A stretch of DNA of 63,914 nt, counting the filler, from Octopus bimaculoides (lineage: Eukaryota), in NCBI RefSeq assembly GCF_001194135.2. It is 7 parts of 7 records of this genome, joined end to end, with 100 filler letters (N's around TTAATTAATTAA, not from the genome) between each part and the next. Parts side by side here need not be neighbours in the genome. Positions count along the whole stretch, not along the records: positions 52,331 to 59,234 come from NC_068984.1; positions 59,335 to 62,467 come from NW_026312619.1; positions 62,568 to 63,914 come from NC_069009.1; 4 more parts are not named here. One strand, given 5' to 3'. The notes beneath the pieces are model-generated. The model was not told the origin of the DNA. It did not search any database and saw only the letters and a program-made list of their open reading frames with translations. A program made the translations under genes and the position numbers. Below are positions 55,467 to 63,914 of this stretch, piece after piece (within the stretch, counting starts at the first letter, position 1; the number at the start of each line of letters is the position of its first letter).

Positions 55467-56090
55467 ACGTATGCAAACATCGTGGTGTGTGCATATGGAG
55501 AGTTACATCCTTTTTAGATAGCAAGAAATTCATAACGTGGCACGGGTCGTAGGCAAATAATTAACGCACGCACTCATTAATTGTTTTACTTATATATNNN
55601 NNNNNNNNNNNNNNNNNNNNNNNNNNNNNNNNNNNNNNNNNNNNNNNNNNNNNNNNNNNNNNNNNNNNNNNNNNNNNNNNNNNNNNNNNNNNNNNNNNNN
55701 NNNNNNNNNNNNNNNNNNNNNNNNNNNNNNNNNNNNNNNNNNNNNNNNNNNNNNNNNNNNNNNNNNNNNNNNNNNNNNNNNNNNNNNNNNNNNNNNNNNN
55801 NNNNNNNNNNNNNNNNNNNNNNNNNNNNNNNNNNNNNNNNNNNNNNNNNNNNNNNNNNNNNNNNNNNNNNNNNNNNNNNNNNNNNNNNNNNNNNNNNNNN
55901 NNNNNNNNNNNNNNNNNNNNNNNNNNNNNNNNNNNNNNNNNNNNNNNNNNNNNNNNNNNNNNNNNNNNNNNNNNNNNNNNNNNNNNNNNNNNNNNNNNNN
56001 NNNNNNTATAAATTGTAAATCCAACCACTAGCTGGAATACACAGGTGCTTACAATTGTCAAGTATTACCTCTAAATTTCAATTTACCTAC

Positions 56091-56122
<32 letters not shown>

Positions 56123-56126
<4 letters not shown>

Positions 56127-57032
56127 TCGCTGACGTACCCGGTAATTCCCGGGAAAGCGAGGCTTATCCCTCGGTTCCGTTCTCATAATTTTTTCGCTAA
56201 TCCAGTAACAACAATACAAAGTATGTAGCCCTTAAAACCGTTTTTGTGCATTTATTGAGAATACTGAACTCTCTTACACACGATCTTGTTTTAGGAATTC
56301 CCAATAAGTTATGAATACCCAAATTGTAATGTCAGTTAAGTAATAACATGAAATTAATTACGCGATAGTAAGAATTCAAATAAAGTAGCCCCGGAAAAGG
56401 CTTTAATACATTCCCAGTATAGAACTCGGGAGGAAATACTAATAAGGTATGTATATTAAAATCGTGAAGCCTGTTACGTAATAACAGGCTAATTAGATAT
56501 GAGATAATAACAATTCAAAGTAAATAACTCTGAAAAAAGCGTTTGTGCGTTCGCAGAGAATATTACCCGCAGCGGCGCTAGTGTTGGTATATTCGTGAAT
56601 AAGTCACTAACCGAAATAAGTGTGTCTATTGTTTAGGAAAATATTATTTACTTGTTTGAGCGTTGTACTAGATAAATTGCGAAAACAACTCAAATAGTTC
56701 AAATACTAAGAAATAAGCATACTCAATTTGATTTATACGAAATAATTTACGATCATGCGTAGATTATTTCCCTTGGCTATATATAAGAATCCCTTTCAGG
56801 AGTGAATGGTCTATTTCCCTTGAATGTTTAAGAATAATATATAGTTATATGTAGTAGATATAAGAATCCTTTCCAGGGGCCCTATTATCGATTTTTTTCA
56901 ACAATTTCAGTATGTCACTAGATTTCCAGATATGAGTTCTACTCAAGCGTCAAGTTTCATCAAAATCGAGAAAACGATGTAGGAGTTAGATAACAACGCC
57001 ACAAACGAACACACCCACAGATTTCCATACAC
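56123..57032 (+). mobile_element. Non-autonomous Helitron/Helentron-like (HINE-type) element
   Basis: 5' GCTCGCTGACGTACCCGG...CCCGGG after (TA)n; 3' AAGTTTCATCAAAATCG...ACAAACGAAC, both typical of DINE/HINE ends. Confidence 0.5.
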
Positions 57033-57665
57033 AAACACGCACATGCGCACGCACACGCACATGCACACGCACACACACACACACACACACATGTATGTAT
57101 GTATGTATGTATGTATGTATGTTATGTATGTATGTAATGTATGTATGTATGTATGTATGTATGTATGTATATATATATATATATATNNNNNNNNNNNNNN
57201 NNNNNNNNNNNNNNNNNNNNNNNNNNNNNNNNNNNNNNNNNNNNNNNNNNNNNNNNNNNNNNNNNNNNNNNNNNNNNNNNNNNNNNNNNNNNNNNNNNNN
57301 NNNNNNNNNNNNNNNNNNNNNNNNNNNNNNNNNNNNNNNNNNNNNNNNNNNNNNNNNNNNNNNNNNNNNNNNNNNNNNNNNNNNNNNNNNNNNNNNNNNN
57401 NNNNNNNNNNNNNNNNNNNNNNNNNNNTATATATATTCAATACGGAGCAAATAATTCACGAAAAAATAATACGTGAAGATATCATTGACTCTATTTTTTA
57501 TCCAGTGTAACAATTTAAAAATGATAATAACAGAATCAATAATATAGGTCATTGCAGGCCCAAAAGAAGCATTAAATAGCTGAAGGACTAAAGTTAAGCA
57601 AAGAGATATACCAAGTTTGTCTACCTGCTGGAAATAACAGTCAAAACTCTTATTTAAATCGCCAG

Positions 57666-57730
<65 letters not shown>

Positions 57731-58087
57731 GCGAAACGACTGATTTACTACAAATTTTGGAATTCTTAGCTTTATACTGATCTCATTTATTAGATGAAAA
57801 CAAAGCTTATAAATACAGAGATTCTTGGTTAATTATTTCCCTTCTTACCTTAACATTTTACCACCTCTTCTCTCTATCCTTTCTCTATCGTCTCTCTTTT
57901 TCCGACAATTTATTCCATTTTCTTTTGTCTTTGCATTATTGGAAATGCTATCTTTTTTATATTATCTTAACATTCCGTTCATAATCAACAACTTCTGCAG
58001 TGTGAAATTCATCTGTAGTTGAATATTTGACTCCTTCAGATTACGAATTACAAAATCTTTCCTACTTCAGAATTTGTTGACACTCAC

Positions 58088-58166
58088 CTGTTATAATAAA
58101 TAGTGAAATCTCCCACAGCAGGCCAGTATGCATAAACATAGATTCCCGTGATCTCGGATACTTCTA
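58088..58166 (-). CDS. Candidate exon with consensus donor; two possible readings (EVSEITGIYVYAYWPAVGDFTIYYN, or signal-peptide-like MFMHTGLLWEISLFIIT)
   Basis: Perfect CAG|GTGAGT donor at 58082-58087 (minus), NAGNAG acceptor TTAG/TAG at 58164-58169, unique non-repetitive sequence. No family recognised. Confidence 0.3.
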
Positions 58167-59201
58167 CTAATTGTAATTAAGGCATTATAAAATGTTCAAC
58201 ACTACAATCCATCGATAATTTTGATGAAATGACATTCCAAATATATATATATACACAACATCTTTTGTTATCCAGTATTACTCATTTAATGGTATTACTA
58301 CATTTGAATTCATCGGGTGCGCGCTGAACAGCAAGAGTCCAAACAATAACGCATCTATTCATTCTCCATACGTTATCGCAGATTCGCAGCTGAATATCTG
58401 ATCGTTATTGCTTTATCTTATCTTTATTTTCGTCAATGGAGAGCATCGCTCTTTACAACTCCTTTCAAAATTTCTACTTTGTTTCTCACACATTCACTTG
58501 TGCTGGTTGAACTATATAAAATATCAGAGAAAAATACGTAGCTGTTTCTTGCAATACATACCAATACATACATCTAAAGCAAGAATTTTTCAGGGGCCCT
58601 TAAAATACTTTTGTGGCTCTCCAGCTAACTATTTTGTTATATGGATCCCGAAAATCTTATATGGGCCCTGGTTGAGAACCGCTACTTTAGAGGATGTGTG
58701 TTCACGCGATTCACTGGGGTAAGGGGACTTTGTGACATTGCGATGTTACTCGCTATTCTGCGTTCACCTCATGAATTGTTATCTGTTTGGTAGACATCAG
58801 AACACATTAGAAAATAAACTGCTTGCAAATTCTTCTAAACAAGAGCTTGGACTCATGTTAGCTTCCTCGGTTGAGTGGTGTAGCTTTGATAGAGGAGACA
58901 CGCAAAAAAGGTCGAAACTCTGAGGGTTTTCAAAGTTTCTTGACATTTATGAATCGTTTTATCGAAAGGTTAAGTTACATGAGCGCAAACAAATCAATAT
59001 CGATTATCAAATGGTTGGTGTACAAACACAAAGGCACGCTGTCGCGCGTTACTGTAAGGTAAGAAGTTTGCTTCCCAACCTCATGGTTCCGGTTTCAGTC
59101 ACACTTTGTGGCACCTGTAACAAGTGTCTTCTACCGTAGTCTCAAGCCGACCAAAGCCTTGTGTGTGGATTTGGTAGATGGATCTGAAAGATGCTTGTCG
59201 T

Positions 59202-59234
<33 letters not shown>

Positions 59235-61076
59235 NNNNNNNNNNNNNNNNNNNNNNNNNNNNNNNNNNNNNNNNNNNNTTAATTAATTAANNNNNNNNNN
59301 NNNNNNNNNNNNNNNNNNNNNNNNNNNNNNNNNNTTATATTAAATTTGTGTTTTCTAATAAGGTGGACGAGTGATTGATAGATAGATAGATAGTAGATAG
59401 ATATCAGTAAGTAAGTAAGCCAATAGCTCGCTCCGGCCAGTCATGGTATTAGCTGTCAGTAGCCAAAGAATCGACAGGCCAGCAACAGACAGGCAGACAG
59501 ACAGACACTTCACTAGCAGTGAGCACTTTCACTTCTGACAGCTAATAGCATGATAGTGCCGAATAATCTATGAGAAGGAAGATATTCCGGGTTCAGTTCC
59601 ATTGCATAGCACTTTGGGCAAGTGCCTTCTACTATAGCCTCGGGCCGACCAAAACCTTGTCAGTGGATTTGGTAGACGGAAACTAAAAAATAAACCTATC
59701 ATATGCGTGTGTGGCTTTGTCCCGTACCACCGCTTAACAGCTGATGTTGGAGTGTTTACCTTCCCGTCACTTACCGGTTCGGCAAAAAGTTTGCGATAGA
59801 ACAAGTATCAAGCTTAAATAAAATAAGTACTGGATCGATTCATTCGACTAAAGGCGGTGCCCCAGCATGGCTGCAGTCTGATGAATGAAACAAGTAAAAG
59901 ATAATCGTATGAATTCCGGTGTGTTGAACAAATATTCGCAACACTTTTGTGAAAATTCCCAAAACTAAAAAATTCTAATACAAATGCAATTATCTATAAT
60001 CCTATTATCGAGACCACGAAGACTGGGATATTGAGTTTACTTGCGACCTGCTCCTCACAAAGTAAACGTGGGTGTGTGTGTGTGTTAGAGAAAAGACGCA
60101 GCTTACCTTGATTCAAACAATCCAAATAACTGAAACAAAGACACATAAATATGTGTATATATATATATATGTATATATTCGCCTTTACTCTTAGGCTTTC
60201 TTTTGTTTATCTCCACAGATTTATGCAGGGAGAGAAAACTAGAGGGTGGCGATATAAAGCGGTCAAAGCATAAAAACTAGACAACAAAATTCAATGAACG
60301 TGGCGTATTCCGTTTTCGCTGTTGAAATCACGTCCAAATCTCGTTCAATAAGTGATAGTCTCCAGAGTTACTGCCCTTCGCTGCGACGTGTCAGTTGTAA
60401 AATGAAATTTAGATACTTAAAATCAGAGGGTAGTTACAGGTTAATCCTACCCGTTGCCTCATAATTTCCTGAAAAATGCAATTTGAATAAGTTATCTGTA
60501 CCTGGTTGATCAAACTTATTTCCAAACCTTGTAGTCTGATGTATTTGCCAATTTCGGTTTTACAGGAACTGGTCGAAAAAGATATATCTTTTATTATTTA
60601 CTTATTTCAGACTGCATATCAGAAGCAGATGGAGCTGGTTTTCGTCATGAGCAGGTAGATATATCTAAAGATTAAAGTAAAAATGAAAACGCAAACCGTT
60701 TGGCATCACTTGAAAAAGCATTTAATTTAGATTGTGAATATAGATATACATAGTATACAGTGTATATCTATATTCTCCGTCTAAATTAGATGTTATATAT
60801 ATATATATAAAGATTCAAGTAAAAATGTAAAGGTAAACTGCTTTGCATCACTTGAAAAAACATATATATATATATATACTAGCAGAAGACATACATATTG
60901 CATATAAAGACATACACATTGCAATGTTTACTCTTTTACTTGTTTCAACAAACAAGCAGGCCACATAGAGAACATATCCTCCATCAGCTGCCACTTGTTT
61001 ATCATTTTGTCCATGTTCTTTTGCAACGTCATGTACCCAGATATGTATCTATATGTACATGTAGATGGAGGTATGT

Positions 61077-61167
<91 letters not shown>

Positions 61168-61767
61168 TATACTCATATATTGGTTATATATATATATATA
61201 TGTGTGTGTCTGTGTTTATCCCCCCACCAACATCGCTTGACAACCGATGCTGGTGTGTTTATGTCCCCGTAACTTAGTGGTTCGGCAAAAGAGTCCGATA
61301 GAATAAGTACTAGGTTTACAAAGAATAAGTCTTGGGGTTGATTTGCTCGACTAAAGGCGGTGCTCCAGCATAGCCACAGTCAAATGACTGAAACAAGTAC
61401 AAGCGTAAACATTGCAATATGTATGTCTTTATAATTTTCCTCAAGCTTTTATGTGCGGGTGGCACATAAAATACACCATTTTGAGCATGGCCGTTGCCAG
61501 TACCGCCTGACTGGCCTTTGTGCCGGTGGCATGTAAAAGCAACCACTATACTCTGAGCGGTTGGCGTTAGGAAGGGCACATAGAGAACATATCCTTCATC
61601 AGCTGCCACCATTAAAACACCGGTGTTTCGAAGAGTTAGGGCAGTACGCAACGTTAAAATGGCTCTTCCCACGGACACAAATTAAATTTTTTTCGTGGAG
61701 GATAGTCGAAACGGTGAAATAAACAAACAAAAAGGCTGTACAGCCAGACGTGGAGAAGTGTGTATGT

Positions 61768-62467
61768 CATCATCATCATCATCACCGTTTAACGTCCGCT
61801 TTTCATGCTATCATGGGTTGGACGATTTGACTGAGGACTTGTGAAACCAGATGGCTACACCAGGCTCCAATCTGATTTGGCAGAGTTTCTACAGCTGGAT
61901 GCCCTTCCTAACACCAACGGCTCAGAGAATGTAGTGGGTGCTTTTACGTGCCACCGGCACAAAGGCCAGTCAGGCGGTACTGGCAACGGCCACGCTCAAA
62001 ATGGTGTATTTTATGTGCCACCCGCACAATAGGCAGTCCAGGGGCACTGGCAACAATCTCGTTTGAAAAACCTTACACATGTCACGGGCACATGTGCCAG
62101 AAAGGCGACACTGGGCACAGGTGCCATCCCTATTTCGCTTTCGCTTGCCCCAATAAGTCTTCGCAAACTGAGTTTCGTGTCCAATGAAGGAGACGACGTT
62201 GGCATGGGTGCCAGTTGTCGAATTTAGTTCGATTTCGATTTCACTTGCCTCAACAAGTCTTCGCAAGCGGAGTTTAGTGTCCAATGAAGGAAAGGTATGC
62301 ATAAGTGGGCTGGCTACACCCCTGGCAGAGGCCTTGAATTTAAGTCTCACTTGGCTTGCCGAGTCTTCTCACGCACAGCATATTTCCAAAGGTCTCGGTC
62401 AGAAGTCATCGCCTCGGTGAGGCCCAATGTTTGAAGGTCTTGCCTCACCACCTCAGCCCAGGTCTTC
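61768..62467 (-). mobile_element. RTE LINE 3' end (ORF tip + 3' UTR + (GAT)n tail); source of the CATCATCGTTTAACGTCC repeat family
   Basis: 62350-62467 minus reads KTWAEVVRQDLQTLGLTEAMTSDRDLWKYAVREKTRQAK*. Shorter copies of the same UTR occur at ~2455-2635, 6464-6782, 10800-10968, 12250-12355 and 61452-61578 (inverted). Confidence 0.8.
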
Positions 62468-62673
62468 NNNNNNNNNNNNNNNNNNNNNNNNNNNNNNNNN
62501 NNNNNNNNNNNTTAATTAATTAANNNNNNNNNNNNNNNNNNNNNNNNNNNNNNNNNNNNNNNNNNNNATATATATATATATGTATACATATAAATATGTA
62601 TATGTACATACAAAGATGCATACACAGGTACACACAGCCATGTACATACATACATACATACATATATATTTAT

Positions 62674-62722
<49 letters not shown>

Positions 62723-62739
62723 ATATGTATATACATAAA

Positions 62740-63056
62740 GACCCCTTTCGGTCATGAAGGGGGATTGCACCTAGAAAGTTCCCCTCCGAAGTACAAGTTA
62801 TTTATGGAAGACCAGCAGTTGTTCATTCATGCCAGACTCCCCTCTTCACATAACCGATGTTATTCAGGGGAAAGGCAAAGGGTCCGTTACAGCTTGGCAC
62901 CAATGATGTCGCAACTCAGTTCTATGGATGAATGAACTGAGGCAAAGTGAAATAAAGCGTCTTGCTCAAGAACACAGCATGAAGCCCGGTCTGGCAATTG
63001 AACTCACTACCTCATGATTGTGAGCCTGACGCTCTAACCACTGAGCCATGCACCAT
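62740..63056 (-). mobile_element. tRNA-headed SINE (family D)
   Basis: Minus head GCATGGCTCAGTGGTTAGAGCG...GAGTTCAATT, then GTGTTCTTGAGCAAGAC. Related copies: 19686-19900 (+), 2790-2950 (-), 9170-9245 (-). Confidence 0.75.
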
Positions 63057-63209
63057 CATACATCCATCCACCCACCCATCTATACATACATACATGATGA
63101 TGGCCGTCCACTCGTGACCGAGGAAGAGAGGAAGACAATCAGCAATGGTCTTCCACATACATACATACGTACATACATACATACATATATACATACATAC
63201 ATACATACG

Positions 63210-63552
63210 TACGTACAGATACAAGGATCAACTCAGAGCTACACAGGAAGACACTGGACTTGAGCCTAAATCGTTTCAAATACAAGCCCAAGACCGTACC
63301 GAGTGATGATGGTCCGGCACCATCGGAACCAAAAACATCGAAACCATCAGAAGAGAAAAAGAAGAAATCAAACGACAGGAGAGAAAGGCTTCGCAAAAAC
63401 AACCTTGTTCTCCTAATATTACCATGCAGTCAATGCCATCGTCTCTTCTGTGTCAGAATCGGTCTTCTTAGTCATAAAAGCCATTAACATAAAGAAAGCA
63501 TTAAGCAAAGAAAAAAACTTAATTTCTTGAATACGAAAAATAGCCGATGGCA
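63210..63552 (+). mobile_element. 3' tip of a related RTE-group LINE
   Basis: RYKDQLRAT...AQDRTE...CSQCHRLFCVRIGLLSH*. The track ORF 63260-63487 is an off-frame reading that rejoins this zinc-finger-like end. Confidence 0.7.
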
Positions 63553-63607
63553 ACATACATACACAGATAGATACATTCATACAAACACATTCATACGCGT
63601 ACATATA

Positions 63608-63914
63608 TTGTTGTTGGCACTCCGTCGCTTACGACGTCGAGGGTTCCAGTTGACCTGATCAACGGAACAGCCTGCCCGTGAAATGAACGTGCAAGTAGCT
63701 GAGCACTCCACAGACACGTGTACCCTTAACGTAGTTCTCGGGGATATTCAGCGTGACACAGTGTGACAAGGCTGACCCTTTGAATTACAGGCACAACAGA
63801 AACAGGAAGAGAGAGAAAGAGAAAGTTGTGGGGAAAGAGTACAGCAGGGTTCGCCACCATCACCTGCCGGAGCCTCGTGGAGCTTTAGGTGTTTTCGCTC
63901 AATAAACACTCACA
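63608..63914 (-). mobile_element. Young SINE-like repeat (family E) with (CAA)n tail
   Basis: About 95% identical (by eye) to 16215-16457; a third copy at 22771-22816 is cut by a spacer. Confidence 0.85.

Noticed and set aside
60219-60290. Strong acceptor TTTCTTTTGTTTATCTCCACAG followed by short open frames
   Set aside because: All frames stop within ~20 codons, with no homology and no partner exon. A terminal exon cannot be excluded.
63000-63056. tRNA-like sequence with A and B boxes (also 19686-19750 and family A heads)
   Set aside because: It continues directly into SINE body sequence and has no complete cloverleaf, so it is a SINE head rather than a tRNA gene.

Overview
Repeat-rich, AT-rich animal genomic DNA, almost certainly octopus. 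This is inferred from the SINE/LINE families and the density of (TA)n/(CA)n/(TATG)n microsatellites; the species is not provable here. The window is not one contiguous locus: six identical 100-bp synthetic spacers (N44-TTAATTAATTAA-N44) split it into seven segments, and there are many ordinary N gaps. Nearly all ORF-track entries are microsatellite, N-gap or antisense artefacts. Host coding sequence is limited to one convincing minus-strand exon encoding the first half of a Caskin-type SH3 domain (8878-8972), plus two weaker exon candidates. Segment 1, which holds this exon, is CpG-depleted like a methylated gene body. The rest is transposable-element debris: a near-full-length but broken R4/Dong-clade retrotransposon with a (TAA)n tail, two more R4-type fragments, several RTE and I-group LINE fragments, two mariner remnants, a MULE remnant, hAT MITEs with TIR/TSD, a Helentron-like element, and at least four SINE families, some in head-to-tail arrays. 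The most unusual signals are (i) a minimal Penelope-type hammerhead with a variant core, and several (TA)n-associated repeat families carrying hammerhead core motifs in permuted order with a covarying pseudoknot-like helix; (ii) an intronic 21-bp minisatellite made of splice-acceptor-like units that is open in frame with the SH3 exon; and (iii) many long fold-back structures, several inside the gene's introns.
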